Below, piece after piece: positions 36,531 to 47,968 of a stretch of DNA of 64,000 nucleotides (positions are counted from its first letter, which is position 1; each line of letters begins with the position of its first letter). Position numbers and translations under genes: made by a program. The DNA comes from Octopus vulgaris (taxonomy: Eukaryota). Under the pieces are notes generated by a model that saw only the letters and a list, made by a program, of their open reading frames with translations, did not search any database and was not told where the DNA came from. The stretch covers positions 22,630,001 through 22,694,000 of the forward strand of contig OX597835.1 of assembly GCA_951406725.2 (NCBI GenBank), given 5' to 3'.

Positions 36531-36852
36531 ACCGCTAGAGATAGACAAAACCAAGGAGTTATCTCCCTGCTTGCAGTAGGAGTGTATTTTGCATCAAAAA
36601 GCCAGTAAAAGGGTTTCCCTCATGGTAACAACCTCAGTATAGTTTGTTCTAACACAGCATCCACATTTAAGTGGGGATAAATATTACCGCATATAAATAG
36701 GAAATAGTGGCACAACAAGGTACCAATTTTTGCTGGAAATAGCAATAACATGCGTACATATAACATATTATTCTTTACATATAAGATATAAAATATAGTA
36801 ATATATAAGGATACCAGTAATTATTATAAAAAACATGAATAAAAATTGGTAA

Positions 36853-36980
36853 AATAACTTACAGCTGTTTCAGCCAATAGATAAAAATTCTTCATTCTAC
36901 CTTTATTACTCAAGTGGATTGAGGTAATAGGTAGATGAACGAGGTACTTCTATATATCTCTAGGCTTTGTCAGAGATTAT
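36853..36980 (-). ncRNA. Hammerhead motif with long stem II
   Basis: ataatct-CTGACAA-agcc...long hairpin...ggct-GAAA-cagctg-TA-agttat. Confidence 0.55.
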
Positions 36981-37020
36981 AAAGTACAAATATTAAGTTA
37001 TAATAAATGTAAGTATAAAT

Positions 37021-37410
37021 ATAAAATAAACAAAATTTTTAGGCGCAGGAGTGGCTGTGTGGTAAGTAGCTTGCTAACCAACCACATGGTTCCGGGTTCA
37101 GTCCCACTGCGTGGCATCTTGGGCAAGTGTCTTCTGCTATAGCTCCGGGCCGACCAATGCCTTGTGAGTGGATTTGGTAGACGGAAACTGAAAGAAGCCT
37201 GTCGTGTGTATGTGTCTGTGTTTGTCCCCCTAGCATTGCTTGACAACTGATGCTGGTGTGTTTACGTCCCCGTCACTTAGCGGTTCGGCAAAAGAGACCA
37301 ATAGAATAAGTACTGGGCTTACAAAGAATAAGTCCCGGGGTCGATTTGCTCGACTAAAGGCGGTGCTCCTGCATGGCCACAGTCAAATGACTGAAACAAG
37401 TAAAGAGTAA
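37021..37410 (+). mobile_element. SINE family A
   Basis: full-length copy with a minimal internal microsatellite. Confidence 0.9.
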
Positions 37411-37700
37411 AATATACACACATTTGAATATATATATAAATGTGTGCTTATATGCATGCACCCACACACACACACATGCATACATATTTACTTATTAGAG
37501 CAAAGTCCTCTCTTCTCCCTATAGAATATTCTGTAAAATGTATAGCATATATATATTTGTCTGTGTGTATACACACATAGACTCATATATATTATTGCAC
37601 ATACATATATAAGTAAAGAGAAAAAGAGAGTGTGGAACCATTTTTAAAAAATGTATTTATATTGTTCTTTTTTTTTTTTTTTTTTCTTTTCCTCTCTCAG

Positions 37701-37848
37701 TTTTACTTCTGGACATATTGCTACATTATACTCCCAAGCAAGAACAGAAACTTCGAGATTTTTTCACTTTACCTGCTATCAAGATACTTTTGGACTGGTT
37801 GTGGTCAGATCCAGTTTATTTCAGTAATAATTTCCTGAAATCTTCAAG
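37701..37848 (+). CDS. SMG7: SMG7 exon: VLLLDILLHYTPKQEQKLRDFFTLPAIKILLDWLWSDPVYFSNNFLKSS
   Basis: long pyrimidine tract + cag, gtgagt donor; LPAIK..DWL matches human LPAVKVSMDWL. Confidence 0.94.
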
Positions 37849-37904
37849 GTGAGTTAAAGTAAAAATCTGGTCCCTCTCATCAAATTATTTCTTGCAGAAG
37901 TTCT

Positions 37905-38302
37905 CATGGGTGTGGCAGCTGACTTGGCAGACACCCATAAAGTTATCAACCATCGCACAAACAATAACTCTGAGCACCTCTTCAAACTCCACCCATCTAA
38001 CACCCGTGGACATATTTACAAAGTAAGAAAACAGCACAGCTCCCATGACTTCAGGAAACATTTTTTCACGCTGAGAGTTGCTGAATCGTGGAACAAACTG
38101 CCGGCATCGGTTGTTAGTTGTCGGAGCACTGCATCCTTCAAAACTTCCATGCTTCCTGAGATTCGCCAACACTACACTTGATTTTCTCCCCTCCATACAC
38201 ACACAAGCATGTTCACTTTCCAGACATTTCTACATTACTGCATGTACTTTATATGCACTTTCTGACAAGTTGTGGTGCACCTGAGCACTGTATACAATAA
38301 TT

Positions 38303-38332
<30 letters not shown>
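37905..38332 (+). mobile_element. CR1-type LINE 3' fragment
   Basis: TRGHIYKVRKQHSSHDFRKHFFTLRVAESWNKLP; (ATT)n tail. Confidence 0.88.
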
Positions 38333-38333
<1 letters not shown>

Positions 38334-38844
38334 AGAAGACTTGAGGGTATGCTTCTTGTCCGATAATTTTACTACTCAAACCTGATAGATCAGTCTATTT
38401 GTAGCACTATTATTTTGAGTGAAGTAGTTGGGTACCCTATTAGTGGTTGGGTACCCTACTAGTGGTTGGGTACCCTGCTTGTACTTGCTATTACAACAGT
38501 ACTTCATAATCTTAGCAAGGGGTCTGCTCATCAAAATTATATATGTATGTGCTCTGTTTGATATAGTTCAAATATTACATTGTACAATCTCATCATCATT
38601 GTCATTGTTTAACATCCATTTTCCATGGGTTGGACAGTTTGACTGGAGCTGGCCAGCTGGGACTGTCCAGACGCCAATTGTCAGTTGTGGCATGGTTTCT
38701 ACAGATCAATGCCTTTCCTGGTGCCAGTTCTTCCCAACACCAACTACAGCTAGCCGAATCAAGGAATCCACATAGGCAATAAATGGATTGATGGTTTGCA
38801 GCCCAGAATCAATGCTGCATTGTATCCATTATCCAAAACATTGA

Positions 38845-39070
38845 ATGAGCTGGCAGAATCATTAGCATGCCGGGCAAAATGCTTAGTGGTATTTCGTCTG
38901 CCGCTAAGTTCCGAGTTCAAATTCCGCCGAGGTCGACTTTGCCTTTCATCCTTTCGGGGTTGATAAATAAAGTACCAGTTGCGTACTGGGGTCGATGTAA
39001 TCGACATAATCCCTTTGTCCTTGTTTGTTCCCTCTATGTTTAGCCCCCTGTGGGCAATAAAGAAATAAAT
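38845..39070 (+). mobile_element. SINE family B
   Basis: near-consensus copy. Confidence 0.88.
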
Positions 39071-39832
39071 AATTGTCAAATGTGCTGTTCATTTGGTTGA
39101 ACTCTAATGTACAAGTCAGGAGTGGCTGTGTGGTTAAGAAACTTGCTTCACAACCAAGTTGTCTCATTGTCCCATTGTGCAGCACCTTGGGTAAGTGTCT
39201 TCTACTTTTACCTCCCATGGGCAAAGCATTGTGTGGATCTTGTAGGCAGAATCTGAAAGGAACCCAACGTGTGTGTGTGTGTGTGTGTGTGCATGCATGC
39301 AACACCTTAGGCAAGTGTCTTCTACTTATAGTTCCATTGGCTAAAGCATTGTGTGGATTTGGCAGGTGGAACTTGAAAGAAGCCCAACATGCGTGTACCA
39401 TTGTCTTGACATTATGTTGTGATGGCTATAAATGAGCATTACCATCAAACAAGCGAGGTTGTTCATTTCCAGTCTTCCATGAAAAATATGTCTGGCCAAG
39501 AGAAAAAAAATACTACTTTGCTTGGAAACAGGTGAAGGTTGGTGACAGGAAAGTCATCCAGCTGAAGGAAAGCCACCTTAACAAATTCCTCCTGACCCAT
39601 GTGAGCATAAAAAAGTCGACGTTAAATGATAATGAAGTCGGCCAAGAGAGTTGCTGACAGCACTGTAATCTAAATGAATAAGGCATGGGTGCACGGGAAA
39701 CTGCTATGGTCTACCACTTGTGAAAGTTACCCACGGCAGAAGAAATGGGAAGAAGGAATGACTTGTAGCAGGGTCAGAACTCGGGATTTTGGGACCTTAA
39801 CTAAGTTGGCTCAGAATTCAGAGTGTATAAAA

Positions 39833-40370
39833 ATAATAATAATGAAATTATTGTATACAGTGCTCAGGTGCACCACAACTTGTCAGAAAGTGCATATAAA
39901 GTACATGCAGTAATGTAAAAATGTCTGGAAAGCGAACACTGTATGAGTCAGATACATGCTTGTGTATCTATGGAGAGGAGAAAATCAAGTGTAGTGTTGG
40001 CGAATCTCAGGAAGCATGGAAGTTTTGAAGGATGCAGTGCTCCGACAACTAACAACTGATGCCGGCAGTTTGTTCCATGCTTCAGCAACTCTCAGCGTGA
40101 AAAAATGTTTCCTGAAGTCATGGGAGCTGTGCTGTTTTCTTACTTTGTAAATATGTCCACGGGTGTTAGATGGGTGGAGTTTGAAAAGGTGCTCAGAGTT
40201 ATTGTTTGTACGATGGTTGATAATTTTATGGGTGTCTGCCAAGTCAGCTGCCAGACGTCGGAGTTTCAATGTGTCCATGCCCAGGGAAGTAAGGCGTACA
40301 GGATATGGCAATTGCCTGATGGAGGGTATTCTTTTGGTTGCACGTCGCTGAACAGCTTCTAGTATTGGAG
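39833..40370 (-). mobile_element. CR1-type LINE 3' fragment
   Basis: LEAVQRRATKRIP..Y..RL..L...TL..RR..DL..HFFTLRVAEAWNKLP. Confidence 0.9.
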
Positions 40371-40801
40371 TCAGCTCTAAAAACCTTAATAGTACTATTA
40401 TAAATGAAACTGTATTAAATTCCATCAAGGCTGTACATGGCTATGGTACATTCATACTTAGTTTGCACCCCTCCCATCATCATCATCATCATCATGAATG
40501 TGAGCCAGCAGAGTTGGTAGCATGCTGGGCCATGATTAAGCAACATTTTTTTTCTGTCTTTACATTTTGAGTTCAAGTTCCACTGAGGTTGACTTTGCCT
40601 TTCATCCTTTCAGGGTCCAATAAGTAACCATCGAAATACTGGGGTCAAAGTAATCGACTGACATCCACCTCCCCCTAAAATTGCTGGCCTTGTGCCAAAA
40701 TTACAAAGAATCATTATTGTCCAAAAATCTGTTGTTGAAAGAAAATTTTGTTTGATTTCCTATTTTACCTTCTGAAACTCTTTATTTTCTCTTCTGTCCA
40801 G

Positions 40802-40881
40802 TGTCTGGTCAAATTTGTCTAAATTGCTGAACATGGTACAAGAACAACCAGTGAACGGAGAATGTCTTGACCTCTCACAAT
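40802..40881 (+). CDS. SMG7: SMG7 exon: SVWSNLSKLLNMVQEQPVNGECLDLSQ
   Basis: tccag/gtaagt; W..L..LLN motif as in human IWPWLISLLN. Confidence 0.92.
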
Positions 40882-41319
40882 GTAAGTTATTTTGAACGTC
40901 ATTTAACCGTTCTGATACCAACCTGTCCGAGACTGGCTCTGGTTCTGTCATACAAACTTCATTTTAAAGTAATCAAAATTAAAATCTTCCATCAAAATTT
41001 CATATTAATTTATGTTCCAAAAACCAGCTTAACTCTTTGGCATTTAAATCGGCCATATCCAGTCAAATATATTCCACCTTTTTTTTTTATGTTCAAACTG
41101 GTCAGATCCTGCTTCTCACACCTACCCTACAATATCGGTCTAAAGATAAACAATCACATCTTTAAAATCTTGAAGCAACAAGATACTGAATGATTAATTT
41201 GTAAAAAATGTGAATGAATAAGGATTACATTTGACAAAGTAACCTGAATGCTAAATGGTTAAAAATGACTAAGGTCTTTCGACAAATTCTTCATTAGCTT
41301 AATAATTAACTAAAGTAAA

Positions 41320-41916
41320 GGGCAGCAAGCTGGCAGAAACGTTAGCATGCCAGGCGAAATGCTTAGCGGTATTTTGTCTGCCGTTACGTTCTGAGTTCAA
41401 ATTCCGCCAAGGTCAACTTTGCCTTTCATCCTTTCGGGGTTGATAAATTAAGTACCAGTTATGCACTGGGGTCGATGTAATCGACTTAATCCGTTTGTCT
41501 GTCCTTGTTTGTCCCCTCTGTGTTTTGCCCATTGTGGGTAGTAAAGAAATAGGTATTTTGTCTGCTGTACGTTCTGAGTTCAAATTCCGCCAAGGTCGAC
41601 TTTGCCTTTCATCCTTTCGGGGTTGATAAATTAAGTACCAGTTATGTACTGGGGTCGATGTAATCGACTTAATCCGCTTGTCTGTCCTTGTTTGTCCCCT
41701 CTGTGTTTTGCCCATTGTGGGTAGTAAAGAAATAGGTATTTCGTCTGCTGTACGTTCTGAGTTCAAATTCCGCCAAGGTCGACTTTGCTCTTCATCCTTT
41801 CGGGCTCGATTAAATAAATACCAGTTACGCACTGGGGTCGATGCAATCGACTTAATCTCATTGTCTGTCCATGTTTGTCCCCTCTGTTTTGCTCCCTGTG
41901 AGCAATAAAGAAATAA
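41320..41916 (+). mobile_element. SINE family B with triplicated body (about 181-bp period)
   Basis: one head followed by three near-identical bodies. Confidence 0.9.
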
Positions 41917-42127
41917 ATTAACTGAAGTAAAGGCCATGTATTTCAACAGAAATATGGCCACAAAAAGGTTAAGGTCTGTTGAGTCCCTCTTCCCTTCCTC
42001 ACCCCCACATTTTTTTTTTGACCCTATTTATCCTTTTCTTTCACTCTGTCTTCCTTTCCTGCTGAACCATCATGCTTGGTTATTTAACTTTTCCCAGTTT
42101 CACTTCATATTTTCTCTCTTTTTTCAG

Positions 42128-42194
42128 ATTTTGATGTCCCCTTACCTGAAGATTATGATCTAAGGTGCTTTCAACCAATTGAAAAAGCACACAG
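42128..42194 (+). CDS. SMG7: SMG7 exon: YFDVPLPEDYDLRCFQPIEKAH
   Basis: ttcag/gtgagt; PLPED..L..F.P motif conserved in SMG5/6/7. Confidence 0.94.
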
Positions 42195-42602
42195 GTGAGT
42201 GTTTTCTCGCTCTTCAGTTTTTTTTTTTCTTTCTCTTCATCCTCCATTTTTGTTTACCTGCTCTTACCTACTGATTACAGGTAACAGGTAACGGTTCAGT
42301 AAAGGAAGGACCAGCTTCCACCACACTGCTACCACCACTACCACCATTACAATCACTTCAGTCACTACTCACTACACTACCACCAATACAGCCAACACAC
42401 ACTACTCACTACTGTAACCATACACCATGACCACCACCAGTACACCCTACATGCAGAACTCACATCCTTGTTTTTTTGTATCGTCTATCTGGATGTTTTG
42501 TTGTCCCTTTTTGTATCACCTATTTATCCTAATGTTTTACGTTCTTGTCCCATTTTGTATTTTATATACATGTGTGTGTGTGTATGTATGTGTGTGTGTG
42601 TG

Positions 42603-42643
<41 letters not shown>

Positions 42644-42742
42644 GTGTGTATACACTCACACACACACAGAGAGTATCCGGGTATCCGGAAGGCCATTGTA
42701 TTTACGAACCCTGCCATTTGTCTCTCTGTTTTCTCTGTGCAG

Positions 42743-42847
42743 TAATTACAGCTTTGATGCCGAAACTGTTCCGACCGAGATAGAAATACAACTCCGAGCT
42801 TTACGCTTGATTAATCATGGCAAATGGATTGTTGAGAAATGTTCAGA
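42743..42847 (+). CDS. SMG7: SMG7 exon: SNYSFDAETVPTEIEIQLRALRLINHGKWIVEKCS
   Basis: tgcag/gtaagt; R..RLI..GKWI matches human RQQRLISIGKWI. Confidence 0.93.
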
Positions 42848-43274
42848 GTAAGTTGAAATCTTGTATTTTTCTCTCTTTCTCTCTCTCTTTCCTTTGTAGG
42901 TTGGGTCTTCTTATTCCAACAGAAAACAAATGGATCTATTTTCAACACGTCTAACCCTGGTCTATGTGTACAGTTAACCCTTTAGCATTCAGCTTATTCT
43001 TTCAAATGTAATGCTTATTAATTCACGTTGTACTCAAGACGACCTCAGCCTCCACAACAGAAGCGTTAATGCCACGCCCTCTGATGAAGAGGTCTGGCCT
43101 GCAAGAGCCTTGTGCCGGTGCCATGTAGAAGCTCTCGTGCTGGGGCCACGTTAAATGTATCCAACATGCTCTGTAAAGTGGTTGGTGGTATGAAAGTCAT
43201 CCAGCCTTAGAGATCAAGCCAAATCAGATTGGAACCTGGTGCAGCTCTCCTGCTTACCAGTTATGGCCAAACCC

Positions 43275-43505
43275 ATTTCTTTACTACCCACAAGGGGCTA
43301 AACACAGAGAAGACAAACAAGGACAGACAAACGAATTAAGTCGATTATATTGACCCCAGTGCGTAACTGGTACTTAATTTATCGACCCCGAAAGGATGAA
43401 AGGCAAAGTTGACCTCGGCAGAATTTGAACCCAGAATGTAACGGCAGATAAAATACCGCTAAGTATTTCGCCCGGCGTGCTAACGTTTCTGCCAGCTCAC
43501 CACCT
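43275..43505 (-). mobile_element. SINE family B (also 47308-47540 and 62988-63218 on the - strand)
   Basis: reverse complement of the family sequence. Confidence 0.88.
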
Positions 43506-44719
43506 TATAACCATCTAACCCATGCCAGCATGGAAAATGGACGTTAAAGGCTGATGATGATGGTTGTTTTGAATTAATCAAGCATTTTCTCTTACCTTTG
43601 AGATTTTAATAATGTTATTGTTTACTTTTAGAATGGCATTGTAGGGAAGGTGTGAACGGCCAAATCTGGCCAGTTTGAACATAAAACTGGTGGAATATTT
43701 AGGTCAGATATGGATAGTTTAAATGCTGAAAGGTTAAAGAGTCAGAAGAAATATCAATTTCAAATTTTCGCACCAGGCCAGCAACTTTGAGGGAGGGGTA
43801 AGTCGATTATATCAACCCCCAGTATTCGACTGGTACTTATTTTATCGACCCCGAAAGGATGGAAGGTAAAGTAGACCTCAGTGGAATTTGAACTCCGAAT
43901 GTGAAGATAGACGAAATGGCACCTAGCATTTTGCCCTGTGAGCTAATGATTCTGCCAGTTTGCTGCCTTGAGGTCAGAACAAAATATTGATTGGAGGCTA
44001 TTTTGTCTGAAGCCCTCGTGATTCTGCTGTTGTGCAGTGATATCATTTCTAGCAGAGGCACAAGGCCTTAGATTTTGCATGGCAAAATAGTTATAAAATC
44101 AAATCAAGATTGAAATCAAAACGGAAATTGTAGTTGCGGCCAATGCAAGTACCACCTGACCGGCACCTGTGCTGGTGGCATGTAATAAGCACCATTCATG
44201 TGTGGGTCAATGCCAGTGCTGCCTGACTAGCTCCCCGTGCTGGTGGCACGTAAAAAGCCCCATCCGAATGTGGTCAATGCCAGCCCCCTGTGCCAGTGGC
44301 ACATAAAAAGCACCATACAAGTGTGGTTGATGTCAGTGTCACACGACTGGCTTTCATGTCGGTGGCATGTAAAAAGCACCCACTACACTACTCTCGGAGT
44401 GGTTGGCATTAGGAAGGGCATCCAGCTGTAGAAATTCTGCCTCAGTAAACTCCGTCTAAACCATACAAAGATGGAAAAGTGGACATTAAAATGATGATGA
44501 GGATGATTTAACCTCATACAGGGAATCTGGTGTGAATAACTGTAATAAACTGGGCAGAACTAAAATTATTCCTGACAGCCAGGTGATGGTATCTGGTGTG
44601 TATTTCTTTTTGTATATTTCTTGAAGGTATTTCTTTCTCTGTGTATGTACCTCTCTCTCTCTTTCCACTTTCATCCCTTCTCAACTTTTCCACGGTCTTT
44701 TTCTTTCTTGCTCGTGAAG

Positions 44720-44847
44720 TCTGCGGCTCTTATCAATGCAAGTGAACAAGTCTGGCCGACTACACTTTCAGTTCCCTGGAGGTCAGCAACCAGTGACACA
44801 GTACAGGACATTGTACATCAACACCGCTGATGGCAAAGAAAACAAAG
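44720..44847 (+). CDS. SMG7: SMG7 exon: DLRLLSMQVNKSGRLHFQFPGGQQPVTQYRTLYINTADGKENK
   Basis: pyrimidine tract + gaag acceptor, gtatgt donor; phases 2 in and 1 out bridge the flanking exons; weak similarity to human RLIQCENEVGKLLF. Confidence 0.82.
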
Positions 44848-44887
44848 GTATGTCAGGTCAGCTGGACTTTTAGCAGGTTCAAGCATG

Positions 44888-45552
44888 TTGTGTGTGTGTG
44901 TGTGCATGTGGGGGTGATGTAAATAGTAGTGTGTGTATGTGTTGTAAATGGTACTGCATGTGTGTGTGTGTGTGTGTGTGTGCATGCATGTGGGGGTGAT
45001 GTAAATAGTAGTGTGTGTATGTGTTGTAAATGGTACTGCGTGTGTGTGTGTGGGGGGTGGTGGTGATGTAAATAGTAGTGTGTGTATGTGTTGTAAATGG
45101 TACTGCATGTGTGTGTGTGCATGTGGGGGTGATGTAAATAGTAGTGTGTGTATGCGTTGTAAATGGTACTGCATGTGTGTGTGTGTGTGTGTGTGCATGC
45201 ATGTGGGGGTGATGTAAATAGTAGTGTGTGTATGTGTTGTAAATGGTACTGCATGTGTGTGTGTGTGTGTGTGTGTGTGCATGTGAGGGTGATGTAAATA
45301 GTAGTGTGTGTATGCGTTGTAAATGGTACTGCATGTGTGTGTGTGTGTGTGTGCATGCATGTGGGGGTGATGTAAATAGTGTGTGTATGCGTTGTAAATG
45401 GTACTGCATGTGTGTGTGTGCATGTGGGGGTGATGTAAATAGTAGTGTGTGTATGCGTTGTAAATGGTACTGCATGTGTGTGTGTGTGTGCATGTGGGGG
45501 TGATGTAAATAGTGTGTGTATGTGTTGTAAATGGTACTGCATGTGTGTGCAT
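44888..45552. repeat. About 60-bp minisatellite, about 10 units, each with a variable (TG)n
   Basis: unit gcatgtgggggtgatgtaaatagtagtgtgtgtatg(c/t)gttgtaaatggtactgca(tg)n. Confidence 0.95.
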
Positions 45553-45977
45553 GTGTCCTAACAGGTTGTATGTGCCCTGACTGATAGTGTATATATGTGT
45601 GTGTGTGTCCCAACAGGTGTGTATATGTGAGCGTGCATGTGTGTGTGTCCATCCATCCAAAGTAGTATTTTATATATGTGTATGTGTTCTAACTTGTGTG
45701 TATGTGAGTGTTGGTGTGTCCTAAATGATAGTGTGTGTATGTGTCATAATTGTTAGTGTTTCTGTGTCTGTCCTAACTAGTAATTTGTGTATGTGAGTGT
45801 GTCCCCTATATACTATTATGTGTGTGTGTGTGTGTCACAATTGTAGTATGTGTGGGTATGATGAAACTAGTAGTATGTTTCTGTGCTGTGTGTGTGTGTT
45901 TGTGTGTATATATACATACATATATATATATGAGTTTATTCATGTACATTATTATACACCTGTTCCTCTGTCCTCAG

Positions 45978-46036
45978 GTGATATTGGTCATTGTAATGTT
46001 GACAAACAGTCAAGCAGACAGAATGTTGCCATCCAG
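45978..46036 (+). CDS. SMG7: SMG7 exon: GDIGHCNVDKQSSRQNVAIQ
   Basis: ctcag/gtcagt; RQNVAIQ resembles human KQNVAVQ. Confidence 0.87.
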
Positions 46037-46756
46037 GTCAGTAGGCTTCTCTCTTTTCACTTTCTCACTCCTAATATATAATTAAATCTTCATCTTAATT
46101 CATATTAGCTAATTAAATATTTATACTACATACTGATGCTATGTGCCAGTAATGAAGTAAACGGTACGTTTAATTAGATTCACAACAATCAGAGATAATG
46201 TGGAGCAAGCCTCTACCTGGTCTCTAATACTGCTAAAAATATTAGCTAAATCTTCCTCGAATTTCACCTGAAAGTGTTAGCTTTTTTGTTATCTCATTTC
46301 TATTTAAATACACTACCTTTGTTTAAATTAATTTTGAAAATTAGGAAGAATTTGATGAACTAATTTTGTCATTATTAAGCTGATATGTGTAACATAAATA
46401 CACCACTCTTATACTGGCACCTATACACCCACGTTCATTCCCATTTCCTTTTCTTAACTACTCCTTCTAGAACGGCATTCCCACCTAATTTCTAGCCTTC
46501 AACTTGTTACTTATCTTTCATTTTTTTTTTTGTGGTCTCATTGACTATTTTCCTTTCTCACTCATCCACTGTTTCTGTCTTCTGATGAAAGACTGATATC
46601 CCAAGCATTGCAACAATGCCTCTTTCTATTAGAGTGTTCTGCTAATAATTAGCCAGGCTTTGCTTCTCCTTTGTTGTCTTGTCCCCTTCATCGTTCATTG
46701 TATTTACATATGTGTATATGTCTATATATATATATGTGTGTGTGTGTGCTTGTATA

Positions 46757-47160
46757 CTCTTTTACTTGTGTCAGTCATTTGACTGCGGCCATGCTGGAGC
46801 ACCGCCTTTAGTCGAACAAATCGACCCCGGGACTTATTCTTTGTAAGCCCAGTACTTATTCTATCGGTCTCTTTTGCCGAACTGCTAAGTGACTTGGACG
46901 TAAACACACCAGCATCGGTTGTCAGGCAATGCTAGGGGGACAAACACAGACACTCAAACATATACACACACATACATATATATATACACATATATACAAC
47001 AGGCTTCTTTCAGTTTCCGTCTACCAAATCTACTCACAAGGCTTTGGTCGGCCCGAGGCTATAGTAGAAGACACTTGCCCAAGATGCCACGCAGTGGGAC
47101 TGAACCCAGAACCATGTGGTTGGTTAGCAAGCTACTTACCACACAGCCACTCCTGCGCCT
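46757..47160 (-). mobile_element. SINE family A
   Basis: full-length reverse copy. Confidence 0.9.
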
Positions 47161-47860
47161 ATGTATATATGTAAATATAGATTATACCCCAGTATTTCTT
47201 TAAATATACATATGCCCAAGGGATCTTTTAGCTTATATACCATCCTTCTCTAGATAGTTTTGTTTCTCTAACACATATATCACTGTATCAATCAGACTAT
47301 TAGATATTTATTTCTTTATTGCCCACAAGGGGCTAAACATAGAGGGGACAAACAAGGACAGACAAAGGGATTAAGTCGATTACATCGACCCCAGTGCGAA
47401 GCTGATACTTTATTTGTTGACCCCAAAAGGATGAAAGGTAAAGTCGACCTCGGCAGAATTTGAACTCAGAACGTAACGACAGACGAAATACCGCTAAGCA
47501 TTTCGCCCGGCGCGCTAACGAGTCTGCCAGCACGCCGCCTTTTCTATTAGATATTAGATATTGTTACACACACACAATGAAATAAATACAATTGACAATC
47601 CAATAATTTATTTATATCATAGCATAATATACTATGAATATAATATAATATGATATAATATAAACAATTACTTCAACAACCAAAAAAGACAACAATTTGT
47701 TTTGACTTATATACATTTTTTGATATATGAACAATTACCTTATCTCTCTCTCTCTCTCTTTATATATATATATATATATATCTATATATATATATCTATA
47801 TGTATATATATAAATGGAAAGTTACATTGCGAAAAAGTCGTTTTAACGAGTTGTATTTAT

Positions 47861-47968
47861 TTATCACCCGACGAGACACATCTGCACCACCGGATGCTCC
47901 TGAACCAGTTGTTGGGTGTCCCACCCGAGAGGAATCGATGCTAGATGTGTCGAAACAATTGTCATGAT
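47861..47968 (+). ncRNA. Hammerhead motif with a 9-bp stem II and large loop
   Basis: atcac-CCGACGA-gacacatct...agatgtgtc-GAAA-caattg-TC-atgat; segment flanked by (TA)n. Confidence 0.6.

Noticed and set aside
43075-43105. ctgatgaagagg motif
   Set aside because: No downstream GAAA or compatible stems
44818-45660. Repeat array resembling CRISPR, and His/Thr-rich ORFs
   Set aside because: The variable parts are only (TG)n length changes, not unique spacers; eukaryotic intron with no cas genes
46575-46615. ctgatgaa hammerhead-like start
   Set aside because: No GAAA or stem III follows; at most a heavily decayed remnant
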